A DNA stretch of 64,000 nt from positions 61,092 to 125,091 of the forward strand of contig JANPLN010000015.1 in NCBI GenBank assembly GCA_031426555.1, written 5' to 3'. The stretch is from Bdellovibrionales bacterium (GTDB lineage: Bacteria > Bdellovibrionota > Bdellovibrionia > Bdellovibrionales > JAGQZY01). Position numbers and translations under genes: made by a program. Positions within the stretch are counted from its first letter, which is position 1. Every line of letters starts with the position of its first letter. A model generated the notes under the pieces. It saw only the letters and a list, made by a program, of their open reading frames with translations, searched no databases and was not told where the DNA came from. This document shows positions 41,846 through 51,333 of the stretch, one piece after another.

Positions 41846-42970
41846 ATGCACGACGTTAGGCAGCTCAAGGTCCTTACAGGTTTTCGTTTTTTTGCGGCTC
41901 TCCACGTCGTTTGCTTCCATAATTTTTATTTATTCGGCAATTTGCAGAGTCTACCACCGTTTTTCCTCAAATTTATTCAAACCGGGGAAGCGGCAGTTTC
42001 CTTCTTTTTTATTCTTTCGGGCTTTATTCTAACTCACGTCTATCAACACAAACTAGTCACTGCCGATCAAAAAACAAACTATTTCATTTCTCGATTGGCC
42101 AAACTGTACCCTTTGTATTTTCTGGGAATGCTATTGGATTTTCCGAGGGTGATCAATTATTTTTTTGCGACCAACGAACCAGGCATTGCTGTTTTAAAAG
42201 CTAGCGTCAGTGGAACCGCCTATTTTTTGATGCTTCAATCGTGGTTTCCGCCGGTCACCACCGCCTGGAACCCACCTGCCTGGTCGCTATCCTGCGAAAT
42301 GTTTTTTTACATCGCGTTTCTATTTTTGCTAAAACCAATTCTTAAATTTAAAAATAACCTACAAGCAATCCTGGTCAGCTATCTAATTCCATTGATCCTA
42401 TTTGCAATCTTATCCCAGGTATTCGACACTGAGAGTCCTACTTTCACCTTAGGCTGGATTGCCTTTCCTTTGATTCGAATTTTTGAATTCTTTATTGGTA
42501 TATTTTTATACGGCTTCGTTGGAAACCAGAATCCCATGTCGCAGTGGATTCAAAAACATTCCTCCTTGGTGTTTTGGTCGGCACTCGCTGTGTCACTGAG
42601 TTTAACTCAGTTTTTCGAAAATCCCATCGACGGAAAAATTTTTTCGCATCTTTTACTGGTGCCATTATTTTCTTTGATTATTCTCAGCGCCAGCTACGAT
42701 GACGTCGCTTGCAAAAGAGTTTTTACCCATCCGGTAGTAAATTATTTAGGCATGGCCAGTTATGCCATTTACATTCTTCATCAGCCGTTAAAGAACTATT
42801 GCTTACCGTTCATGGAACCATCGCTTTTTCTCGGTAGTATTTACTTTGGAACACTTCTTGTTCTGTGCTGTTTGGCTCATCAATTTGTGGAAATTCCCTT
42901 GCAACAAAAGATCGGCAAACGCCTGCGCGTCTTACTGCGGAGCTCCGCCAGTTTGCCAAATTCGCACTAG
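41846..42970 (+). CDS. Acyltransferase family 3 membrane protein
   Basis: It begins LTGFRFFAALHVVCFHN and has about 10 TM helices, typical of acyltransferase_3 proteins. Confidence 0.8.
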   Translation: MHDVRQLKVLTGFRFFAALHVVCFHNFYLFGNLQSLPPFFLKFIQTGEAAVSFFFILSGFILTHVYQHKLVTADQKTNYFISRLAKLYPLYFLGMLLDFPRVINYFFATNEPGIAVLKASVSGTAYFLMLQSWFPPVTTAWNPPAWSLSCEMFFYIAFLFLLKPILKFKNNLQAILVSYLIPLILFAILSQVFDTESPTFTLGWIAFPLIRIFEFFIGIFLYGFVGNQNPMSQWIQKHSSLVFWSALAVSLSLTQFFENPIDGKIFSHLLLVPLFSLIILSASYDDVACKRVFTHPVVNYLGMASYAIYILHQPLKNYCLPFMEPSLFLGSIYFGTLLVLCCLAHQFVEIPLQQKIGKRLRVLLRSSASLPNSH

Positions 42971-44125
42971 GTCGCGATCGCGCTCCGAAAGCATGCCGGT
43001 AGGAGGCATGGGATTGAGGGAGTCGTTCATGCGATCTACCATTAAGGCCGCAGCATTTCGGGCACTTGTGTAGTTTGAAAGATTCAATCCAGCTCGCGGA
43101 TTTGCTCCGCTATGGCACGACACGCAGGCGCGGTTTAAGACGTTCAAATTCACGTTGGTAGAGATCAACTGAGTGTGGGTGACAGTTGTGGGAAGTGGTG
43201 GTTCGGTTCCGCCCGTTGTTGCACCCCCAGTTGTGCCGCCGCCACCAACGCTGCCCGATTCTGTTTGCAGGCGGCCAAAAGCAATGGCGAAGGAGTCTCT
43301 AGCAGCGACGGGTGAGTGTACGGCGAGTGCATTGGCGGCGTTTGGCGCCAGGTTAAAGTCAGTCATCGAAACAATCAACGCGCTCAGCTGGCTAAAAGTG
43401 GTCACGTCGTAAAGGTTACTTTCGTTGATACTAAAAAGTATTTTATTAATTCTGTAAGGAGTGGTCGCATTGTCCTTCAGGCGAACTGTTGGATTACGAA
43501 ATTCATAACCGCGATTTACAGGTCCCGAAACAGCAACTCGTACTTCGATTGAAAAAATCATTAAATACTTGCCACGATCTCCACTCGATTTCATTTCATT
43601 GGCCAAATCCCATTCGAGCTTCACCCAAGGATTCCCGGTGCGAGCGTTTTGCATAATTCTGGCATCGCTTTTATGCAGGGTGAGCATTTCTAACCCTGGG
43701 ATTACATCTTCGCCAGAGTCCTTTGCGCATTTCGCAAATGACTCATCAGCCTTGGTCCAAGCGGCCCGGTAGCGATCAACGAGAGGTTGATTCATAGCTC
43801 CGGTGACGGTGGCTTGGTGGGCCGGGTTTAAAAAGTTTCTTTCCACACGGGTCCGTCCCAAACTGTTAAAGGCATTGTAAGCCGTTTGGAAATCGCTGTT
43901 GGCAAACGAGCCCAAGCCCGGACCATTTTGGTGGCAAGTGGCGCATTTGGCTTTAAAGGTTTGGTAGTAGGTGGAGCCAAAGGTGTTCATCAAAGGAGCT
44001 TCGCAACTTCCTGAAAATTGTGTAAAGCTCGCCGTAACTCCGTCGTGGATGGGAGCTCCGCAGTTTTGAAATAACAAAACTGAAATTAAAGCGGCGATCA
44101 ATAAAACAAAAGCATTCTTATGCAA
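42932..44125 (-). CDS. Secreted protein with two CxxCH motifs; the C-terminus resembles the planctomycete cytochrome-c (PSCyt1) domain
   Basis: It has a signal or lipoprotein N-terminus (LLFQNCG), CATCH near the N-terminus, and a C-terminal CVSCHSGANPRAGLNLS...NPMPPTGMLSERDRDLVRIWQTGGA. A Gly/Thr linker is present. Confidence 0.6.
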   Translation of the reverse strand: MHKNAFVLLIAALISVLLFQNCGAPIHDGVTASFTQFSGSCEAPLMNTFGSTYYQTFKAKCATCHQNGPGLGSFANSDFQTAYNAFNSLGRTRVERNFLNPAHQATVTGAMNQPLVDRYRAAWTKADESFAKCAKDSGEDVIPGLEMLTLHKSDARIMQNARTGNPWVKLEWDLANEMKSSGDRGKYLMIFSIEVRVAVSGPVNRGYEFRNPTVRLKDNATTPYRINKILFSINESNLYDVTTFSQLSALIVSMTDFNLAPNAANALAVHSPVAARDSFAIAFGRLQTESGSVGGGGTTGGATTGGTEPPLPTTVTHTQLISTNVNLNVLNRACVSCHSGANPRAGLNLSNYTSARNAAALMVDRMNDSLNPMPPTGMLSERDRDLVRIWQTGGAPQ

Positions 44126-45551
44126 CTTTAATCACCTGACTGAGAACCGACGCATCGAGCGCGTTTCGCCCCACTACTCTGCTAAAATCACCGATTCTTT
44201 TGTTAAATTGTAAATAGTTGGCAAAGACAGCTTGCGCGGCACGAGAAGGGTCATTCCCTATTGGAAACTTATCATCCGCAACCTGCGCATCGGTAAAATG
44301 ACCAATTTGGTTTGCACTGACGGCCGGACGCCGTGTGGGTGTGTACATGAAAATATACGACGCTCCCGCACTTCCACGATCACTGGTCCATGGAGCGGTT
44401 CGCGAGTCAGACTCTGGTGAATTCACAGCCCCATCGCTCGTGACGTAAAGAAAAACCGGTTTCTGTAGGGCTTTAGCGGTTTGTAAAATGCGACCAATTG
44501 TAACTCCCGCATTGCGATCACGAGTGTTGCCCGTGTTGCGTGAGTTGTCGTGGTAGTCGTAGCCACCCATTTCGAGGCCCGTTGCTCCGGCAAAGCCTTG
44601 TAAAGCATTATAAACCATGGAACCAAAGACGTAATCGTTGGACCCCTGATTAGAATTATTATTGATCTGCCAAATGGTGCCTACGGCGGCGTTGAGCACT
44701 GGGTTTACCGCGCCGGTTCCCTCTTCGACCAGAGCTTTATTTTTGATGCCAGCACACTCTACAAGTTTTTGCAGTTGATCGCCAGCGCCAAGAGACGCAA
44801 GCTTTCGCGACTGTTGCTGGCTGAGACCAGAAACAAGATTGGCGAGTTTAATTTTTTGTGCTTCGTTCAGTTGTGTTCCAATCGCCGCAGAATATCCTAA
44901 AGAGTTGGTAATATCACGAAAGCTTCTCACAACAAGAGGAGTGGGCGGCAATAACACCGAGGGCATATCACTCACACCTGTACTCGAAGAGCGTGTTCCA
45001 AGATTTGGAAGGTGTGTTCCATTCAAGCCGGCTTTCACAACCAAACCAGAAATATTGGAAGCGTTTTCGCTGGAGTCATCGCGGGAGCGAACGCAAACAC
45101 CGATAAAAGATGTGCGCGAAATTGTATCCGCATCGGCGGCACTGCGGATTCCCTCGAGCATTTTACTGAGTAGTGCACCGTTTTCAGTGCCAGCAAAAGT
45201 TCCGCCACCAAACTCACGTTCGATGGGCAACTGGTTGTTTCCAAGTCCCATTTTATTGTACGAAGCCAGAGGAGCGCCCGAAGCATTCATGGGTACGAAA
45301 TTGCTGGACATGGCAGCCCCACCCGAAAGATTTAAATGGATGAAAGGAGCAAATGACGAAATGCTGGTCGCACACTTTGCCGCAGATTGTGCTGACGCTG
45401 TGGAAGAAAGTAGCAGTTGCATCATTTGCGGTGCAAACAAAGTTCCTGCAAAAGGAATGATCCCGTGAGCGAGCAGCTCTCTGCGAGTCACAGGTTTACT
45501 GTGACCGGTTTTTGCCCAACTTGGTATTTCTTGTGGTTTATTTCTTTTCAT
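44118..45551 (-). CDS. DUF1501-like (sulfatase-fold) protein with a Tat-like signal
   Basis: TRRELLAHG resembles a twin-arginine motif. EMGGYDYHDN matches the DUF1501 GG.D.H signature. Confidence 0.6.
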   Translation of the reverse strand: MKRNKPQEIPSWAKTGHSKPVTRRELLAHGIIPFAGTLFAPQMMQLLLSSTASAQSAAKCATSISSFAPFIHLNLSGGAAMSSNFVPMNASGAPLASYNKMGLGNNQLPIEREFGGGTFAGTENGALLSKMLEGIRSAADADTISRTSFIGVCVRSRDDSSENASNISGLVVKAGLNGTHLPNLGTRSSSTGVSDMPSVLLPPTPLVVRSFRDITNSLGYSAAIGTQLNEAQKIKLANLVSGLSQQQSRKLASLGAGDQLQKLVECAGIKNKALVEEGTGAVNPVLNAAVGTIWQINNNSNQGSNDYVFGSMVYNALQGFAGATGLEMGGYDYHDNSRNTGNTRDRNAGVTIGRILQTAKALQKPVFLYVTSDGAVNSPESDSRTAPWTSDRGSAGASYIFMYTPTRRPAVSANQIGHFTDAQVADDKFPIGNDPSRAAQAVFANYLQFNKRIGDFSRVVGRNALDASVLSQVIKVA

Positions 45552-45562
45552 AATTACGTCCT

Positions 45563-46213
45563 TTAAAAAATGAGCGCATCAAAACTCGATAAAAAAGCAG
45601 AACAGACTGACATATAGAATGCGGAGGTTTTTGCAGTTTGCCCCTGCTCCGCCGGCGTTAACGTGGCCAAATACTCAGTGCGGTAGTCCACAAATAGTTT
45701 CGTCTCGTTTTCGCTTAAGTCACGCGCCCAAACCTTTTGCGAAAACTTATCGAGCACAGTTTCATAGGATCCAACTGTGATTGTTGATGGACCGGTGTTA
45801 AAGTTGACGCCCGTAAAGAAGTTGCGGGCGGCTCCGGCCGTTCTTTCAGTGGTGACAAGACTGTTGCAGACTTCGCCAGCCAACGAGGTGGCCGATAAAA
45901 GCATAGGCGCATTCATCGACGACAGATAACTGTTAACTGCGAAGGCCGAGTTACGAATATTAAATTCGTTTCGTACGGCGGTGCTTGAAACGGTCTGACC
46001 GGTCACATTCAACATCGACGAAAGAGCTTGATCAGCGTTTAAAAGAGCATACGGCAAGTCTTCTGATTTAGACACGGAGCTTGATTCGTTGGAAGAACTC
46101 CCCAAAGAATACATTTTGCTTGGAGAACAGTTAAATCCCAAAACGGAGAGCAGGCTACCTATGATGATGAGAATTGAAAATTGCATCATGAGTCGTTTAT
46201 TTTTCGTAATCAC
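45563..46213 (-). CDS. Hypothetical exported protein
   Basis: The GTG start lies 4 nt after AAGGAGG. It has a hydrophobic N-terminus (FSILIIIGSLLSVLGFNC) and is Ser/Thr/Asn-rich. I recognise no family. Confidence 0.5.
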   Translation of the reverse strand: MITKNKRLMMQFSILIIIGSLLSVLGFNCSPSKMYSLGSSSNESSSVSKSEDLPYALLNADQALSSMLNVTGQTVSSTAVRNEFNIRNSAFAVNSYLSSMNAPMLLSATSLAGEVCNSLVTTERTAGAARNFFTGVNFNTGPSTITVGSYETVLDKFSQKVWARDLSENETKLFVDYRTEYLATLTPAEQGQTAKTSAFYMSVCSAFLSSFDALIF

Positions 46214-47460
46214 AAAGCCTCCTTATAGCGGCATTGTGGATTTGTCGCGACAAGTTCGAATAATTTTTTAAAACGATAATTCTGGGATTCCCACTGGGTT
46301 CCAAGTTGGGTAAACAGTAGTTTTTGATTTTCTTCCGCCAGGTCTCTACGGCAGATGGCATTGAAAACACGTTTTGCCATGCACTGACTAAAGCGCTGCG
46401 TGCCAGCGATGGCTGCGCCAAATCCAGCTACCCCAGTACCCGCTGTAGACGCAGGTGAGCGCCAGCCGATCGACAAGGCGTTGGCTCCGCGATTGGCGTG
46501 ATTGACCCAGCTGTCGTCGCGAGTGACGTAACCGCCAACGTACACATTTCCGTTTTTGTTGAGCTTGTTCATCACACCGCTTGCGTCGTTGTCGGCATCG
46601 CGGCCTTCGATACCGTTCACCGAAGAGTGGATAGCAGCACCGTTATTAAAATCCCACTTCGCAAACGCGCCCCGGAAGCCATCCATGACTGTATGACAGC
46701 CCTTACAGGTGGTTTGAAATTTTGTGTGGTCGCCACCTGGAAAGCGGTCGATATCTCGACCGATGCGAATGTCTGGCGCCGACGTATCAGCCACTTGGTC
46801 GATGGTGGCACACATAAATTCGCGAAAGGCGAATTCAACCAAGCGACGGTTGGTGCCCGCAGTGGCATGGGCCTCGATATAAGCGCGTGAGGTGAGAACT
46901 CCCGCAGGATCGGGGTTGGGCGCGGTGGTGTTGGCGTTGTTGATCGTTAAAAGCTGGCCATCGCGTTTTTCCAACACATCACCCAGATTGAGACTATTGC
47001 TCTCGAGGGCGGCATAGTGTCGGTTAGAGGCAATGATATCGGCTCCGATCGCGACGGGAATGGTTGTACCAGCGGGAATTCGAGCATCTGCAGCTGCATA
47101 ATAATAATTTCCAGTTAAAAGCTCGCGTCCGTCCAGATCATCCCGGGTGATTCCAATAAATGCTGCGGCAAAATCATTAAACGGAGTGCGAATTGTCTCT
47201 TCGCGGGTGGACATTTGCAAAGCCAATTGTTTAACAGTGATGTTGTAAAATTGCGGCTGCATCATCGCCAGTTGCACAGCGCCCGCGGAGTTCTTCGAAG
47301 AAATCAAGGTGCTCATTTGTTGAAGAACAGCGGCGTCGCTTGGCCAGCGGACACCAGTGATTCTTTCAAGAATCCACTTTGCCTCTCTGTCGGCATCGGA
47401 CTGGGCGTAGACGTTCGCTCCAGTAATTAGTATAAGAAACCCTAGTAATAATCTTTTCAC
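46210..47460 (-). CDS. Secreted DUF1588-like protein with a CxxCH motif
   Basis: It has a signal peptide (MKRLLLGFLILITGANVYA). CKGCHTVMDGFRGAFAKWDF matches the CxxCHxxxDPxG pattern of the DUF1585/1588 group. The GTG start follows ggggga. Confidence 0.55.
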   Translation of the reverse strand: MKRLLLGFLILITGANVYAQSDADREAKWILERITGVRWPSDAAVLQQMSTLISSKNSAGAVQLAMMQPQFYNITVKQLALQMSTREETIRTPFNDFAAAFIGITRDDLDGRELLTGNYYYAAADARIPAGTTIPVAIGADIIASNRHYAALESNSLNLGDVLEKRDGQLLTINNANTTAPNPDPAGVLTSRAYIEAHATAGTNRRLVEFAFREFMCATIDQVADTSAPDIRIGRDIDRFPGGDHTKFQTTCKGCHTVMDGFRGAFAKWDFNNGAAIHSSVNGIEGRDADNDASGVMNKLNKNGNVYVGGYVTRDDSWVNHANRGANALSIGWRSPASTAGTGVAGFGAAIAGTQRFSQCMAKRVFNAICRRDLAEENQKLLFTQLGTQWESQNYRFKKLFELVATNPQCRYKEAL

Positions 47461-47653
47461 TTTTCCCCCCGGACGTGCCCAGATTATGTTAAAACCGCTC
47501 GTGTAAGCTCTGTCAGGATAGTGGACATTTGTCTAGAGAGCGAACAAATTGTGAATGTGTTTTAGATTGAGACGAGATCTGATTGCTTTTGAGACACAAT
47601 CTAGACGAAGCGATAATTGACTACAAAATTGGATACCTTAACATGGAGACACT

Positions 47654-48196
47654 ATGAAAAAAATAATCTCAAATTCAAAAATCGGTTGCCTGAGTCTTTT
47701 TATAATTTTTGGAATCCCAATTTCCTGTTCCAGTGCAAAATCCCAGCGCTCAGTTTCGCAAGTGAAAGAGGTCAGCGCTGTCGCTCCCACTCCCGCGAAT
47801 AATGACGTCGCTCCATTTAAAAAAGCCATGGGGCTTATCGACGGTGAATATGAGGCCACAAATGATCCGCAGGGAGTTTGTCCCGTGGGTCCATTGGTCG
47901 TTCGCGCCGTAGATGATGAGTTCGTGATTATGATTGGTGCAGAACTCATAATTTCGAAAGCAAAAATAGGTCGCAATCAAGCGAGCTATTCAGAAAGCGG
48001 CTGCCAGATTGTGATGAATGTAAATCAAGATGCCGGAAAGATTACCAGCAAAAAAACCCAAGTTTGCCGAAAGCAGGTTTATATATTTTCAACAACTTTC
48101 GAGGTAAAGAATGAAGATATATTTTATTCTGTTGAAAATTCGCAAAACGGAAAAGAAAATTTAAAAGTTGCCTGTCGTCTTGAAAGGCAAAAATGA
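47654..48196 (+). CDS. Hypothetical lipoprotein
   Basis: It has the lipobox-like sequence FGIPISCSS. It overlaps the next gene by 4 nt. Confidence 0.5.
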   Translation: MKKIISNSKIGCLSLFIIFGIPISCSSAKSQRSVSQVKEVSAVAPTPANNDVAPFKKAMGLIDGEYEATNDPQGVCPVGPLVVRAVDDEFVIMIGAELIISKAKIGRNQASYSESGCQIVMNVNQDAGKITSKKTQVCRKQVYIFSTTFEVKNEDIFYSVENSQNGKENLKVACRLERQK

Positions 48197-48828
48197 AAAC
48201 GATTCTGATAAGTTTTCTATTTCTAGTTACGACCATGAGCCGCGCTGAGCTAACAAGACCCAATTCTCTATCTGCCACTGGGGGCATTACCGCAGCGCCC
48301 ATGTCTCGATTTGCTGGAGCATGCACTAAGTTTATGTCTGCAGACGGAACTTTTGGGCCATGGGGTGTCGCTTTGATGTCTGCTTTTGAAAGGGTGGGAA
48401 CAGACTGTATTTATCAATCGGATTGGTCTGCGATCTGCCCTGGATTTGTTAATTTTTCGAACCCTCAGAAAAGGCAATTGATGGTATTCGCATTTGCCGC
48501 TGTGGCAGATGCAGAGTCGACATGCAGACCGAAGGCTCAGGCCCAGGGGACCAACGATTTGGCTGTGGGATTATTTCAATTAGAAAACTCGCGGCGCCAG
48601 CGAAGCGCAGCCGACCGCCACGACCTCTGCAGTCCAGACGCCGCTGTCAGCAAACCAAAAGACATTACTTTTCAAATGCAATGCGCAGCGGGAACATTCT
48701 ACGATTACCACTGCAATCGCTCCGACGATCGATACGTTCGAGTCGGTCGCGGCGGGTATTGGCAAAAGTGGAAACGATCCAATCGTGCCATCAGCGTAGA
48801 TATCAGTAATTTTCCAGGCTGCAAGTAA
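48193..48828 (+). CDS. Secreted lytic-transglycosylase-like (SLT) protein
   Basis: It has a signal peptide. ADAESTCRPKAQAQGTNDLAVGLFQLEN fits the SLT pattern ES...P.A...G(L/M)xQ(L/I). Confidence 0.5.
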   Translation: MKTILISFLFLVTTMSRAELTRPNSLSATGGITAAPMSRFAGACTKFMSADGTFGPWGVALMSAFERVGTDCIYQSDWSAICPGFVNFSNPQKRQLMVFAFAAVADAESTCRPKAQAQGTNDLAVGLFQLENSRRQRSAADRHDLCSPDAAVSKPKDITFQMQCAAGTFYDYHCNRSDDRYVRVGRGGYWQKWKRSNRAISVDISNFPGCK

Positions 48829-49269
48829 TCGTTTAAGGAACAGACACAACAAAAAATCTTAGACAAATTTCCAAGCTATAAAGAATTTACGGGTTCAAGC
48901 CCGGCTAAGAAATTGCATTTCAATATTCCTATGACAACATACTTCCTTTTACTAGGTATAAGCTTTGGTTTTTCCTCCCCCGAAATTATCGTTGTTTGAC
49001 GGATGCCGATGGAGAGTATTCACGCGAGATGGAACATCTGCTCTCAGCTCTTCAGAAATCCAACATCGAGCCCGAAGCCTTCGAAAAACAACGCCAAGAA
49101 CTCTATGTGAATCTCGAGCAAGGGCAAGAACAATGTGCCCGTTTGCTCACGGTTGATTCCCTTGAAGAAAACCGACGGATTCCGGCAAGTATTCCGGCGA
49201 GTATTCCAGAGACCCAGGTTGCCGAATAGCTCGTCCTAGGATATGACGTGGGTCTATTCAGGAGAGACC

Positions 49270-50433
49270 ATGCTCATCAAAAAAATAATGCTTTTAGGCT
49301 CTGGAGAACTCGGAAAAGAGTTTGTGATCTCTGCGAAACGTTTAGGCTTGCAAGTGGTGGCCGTGGATCGCTATGCCGGCGCCCCCGCGATGGCTCTGGC
49401 CGATGCCTTCGAGGTGATCGATATGCTGGATGCCGATCAGCTTGGAGCCGTGGTGAATAAACATAAGCCTGATATCATTGTTCCCGAAATCGAAGCCATA
49501 CGTACGGAAAAACTTCAGGAGTTTGAGGACCGCGGGATTCAAGTGGTGCCCACCGCGCGGGCCACACATTTAACAATGAACCGCGATGCCATTCGCGATC
49601 GCGCGCGCCAGCACCTCAAATTAAAAACTGCCAATTATGCTTACGCGGAGTCGCTGCAAGAATTGAAAGAAAAATGTCAGAACATAGGGTTTCCAAACGT
49701 TGTAAAGCCCGTGATGTCGTCTTCCGGAAAAGGGCAGTCGGTTTTAAAAACAGCAGAGGATGTGGAAACTGCGTGGGCCTATGCCGTTGAGGGCATGCGC
49801 GGGGACAAACGAAAAGTGATTGTTGAGGAGTTTATAAAATTTGATTTTGAAATTACCCTTCTGACAGTAAAACAAAAAAAAGGAAAAACTGTTTTTGTAA
49901 AACCCATCGGCCATCGCCAAGAGCGGGGCGATTACCAAGAATCTTGGCTGCCGGCTAAAATGAGCCCACAGCAGCTTCTTAAAGCGCAGAAGATGGCTAA
50001 AAAAGTCACTGATGATTTGGGTGGGAGTGGCTTGTTTGGTGTGGAATTCTTCGTCACAAAAAAAGATGTTTATTTTTCCGAACTCTCACCGCGACCCCAC
50101 GACACTGGAATGGTGACCTTAATTTCACAGGATTTGTCGGAATTTGATCTGCATCTGCGAGCTATTTTAGGTTTTCCCATTGGGGAGATCAATTATTACG
50201 GACCTAGCGCATCGGCAGTGGTTCTCGCCGAGCGGGATTCAGAAAAGTTTGTTGTTGAGGGTGTAGATAAAGCCTTATCGGCTCAGGATGTGGATGTTCG
50301 CATCTTTGGAAAACCCTCAACACGCAAATACCGCCGCATGGGCGTGAGCTTGGCGCGGGCAAAAACGACAGAGCTTGCCCGTAAAAAAGCGAAGAAAGCC
50401 GCAAGCCACATAAAAATCGTTTCCGAGGATTGA
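49270..50433 (+). CDS. purT: Formate-dependent phosphoribosylglycinamide formyltransferase
   Basis: It has LLGSGELGKEF and an ATP-grasp core and is full length. The ATG at 49270 (AGGAG 5 nt upstream) is preferred over 49243. Confidence 0.93.
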   Translation: MLIKKIMLLGSGELGKEFVISAKRLGLQVVAVDRYAGAPAMALADAFEVIDMLDADQLGAVVNKHKPDIIVPEIEAIRTEKLQEFEDRGIQVVPTARATHLTMNRDAIRDRARQHLKLKTANYAYAESLQELKEKCQNIGFPNVVKPVMSSSGKGQSVLKTAEDVETAWAYAVEGMRGDKRKVIVEEFIKFDFEITLLTVKQKKGKTVFVKPIGHRQERGDYQESWLPAKMSPQQLLKAQKMAKKVTDDLGGSGLFGVEFFVTKKDVYFSELSPRPHDTGMVTLISQDLSEFDLHLRAILGFPIGEINYYGPSASAVVLAERDSEKFVVEGVDKALSAQDVDVRIFGKPSTRKYRRMGVSLARAKTTELARKKAKKAASHIKIVSED

Positions 50434-51308
50434 GATTGCAAGAGCAGACATTTAAGAAAGTTTATATTGAAATCAGCAACATTTGTAATTTGCAGTGTAC
50501 ATTCTGTCCTGTGGTGGATCGCGATAAAAAAGTGATGTCGGTGGATTTTTTGCGGCAAACATTGCGACAAGTAAAACCCTTTGCGGAGCGTGTTTGCTAT
50601 CACGTCATGGGAGAGCCCCTGAATCACCCGCATTTTTCAGAGGCGGTGCAAATCGCCGAGCAGGAAGGCGTGACTCTCGAAATCACCACCAATGGAACAC
50701 TACTCACCGAGCAGTTACAGAAAGTTTTACTTTCACCTGCAATCGCCCAGGTTAATTTTTCGTTGCAAAGCTTTGTAGATAATTTTCCAAAGTCAGATCC
50801 AAAAACCTATTTTGCGAAAATCTTGCAATTTTGCGCACTGGCCGAAGAACAGCGACCAGATCTTTACATCAACTTTCGTTTTTGGAATTTACAACCCAAC
50901 GAATCCCACAACGATATCAACGAGTTTTTTTTAACAACCCTTGAAAAAATCTATGCCGTGCAAATCAACCGCAAAGTGGACCCAGCTTTTAATAAGTCAA
51001 AAAAAGTGAAGGGGCGCCTGTATTTGCATTTTGATTCAAGATTCGAATGGCCTAGCAAAACGGGTGACGTTTTGCAAACCCAGGGCACCTGCTGGGGCGC
51101 CCGCTCCCAGCTTGCGATCCATGCCGACGGGCAAGTGGTGCCCTGCTGTTTAGACAAAGAAGCTGATATTCCTTTGGGAGATCTGAACGCAGAGACTTTT
51201 CATCAGGTCTTGCAAGGCAACGCGTACCTATCGGTGAAAGAGGGATTTGAAAACAACGAGCTTCGCGCCGATCTCTGTCGTCGGTGCAGCTTTCGCCAAC
51301 GCTTTTAG
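50430..51308 (+). CDS. Radical SAM enzyme with a C-terminal SPASM-like Cys cluster
   Basis: It has CNLQCTFCP (CxxxCxxC) and the C-terminal pattern CWGARSQLAIHADGQVVPCC...CRRCS. The TTG start overlaps the purT stop, and the exact start is uncertain. Confidence 0.8.
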   Translation: MRLQEQTFKKVYIEISNICNLQCTFCPVVDRDKKVMSVDFLRQTLRQVKPFAERVCYHVMGEPLNHPHFSEAVQIAEQEGVTLEITTNGTLLTEQLQKVLLSPAIAQVNFSLQSFVDNFPKSDPKTYFAKILQFCALAEEQRPDLYINFRFWNLQPNESHNDINEFFLTTLEKIYAVQINRKVDPAFNKSKKVKGRLYLHFDSRFEWPSKTGDVLQTQGTCWGARSQLAIHADGQVVPCCLDKEADIPLGDLNAETFHQVLQGNAYLSVKEGFENNELRADLCRRCSFRQRF

Positions 51309-51333
51309 GTCGCGTTAGCCGTTCATTGATGCG

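Noticed and set aside
34861-48828. Idea that the accessory-looking block downstream of tRNA-Ser is a genomic island integrated at that tRNA.
   Set aside because: I could find no integrase in the block and no direct repeat of the tRNA 3' end in the same orientation. The only copy (58441..58453) is inverted and belongs to another element.
48889-48910. T-arm-like string acgggttcaagcccggctaaga, with a partly complementary tcttaga 40 nt upstream (possible tRNA or tRNA remnant).
   Set aside because: The span is only about 55 nt and has no D-arm or anticodon arm. The loop is 6 nt and the acceptor pairing is imperfect. It does not match tRNA-Ser, so chance resemblance is more likely.
48996-49229. 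77-aa ORF upstream of purT (possible 66-aa product from the ATG at 49029, ending IPASIPASIPETQVAE).
   Set aside because: It has a non-ATG start or a weak RBS and no recognisable family. It is kept only as a remark in the radical SAM finding.
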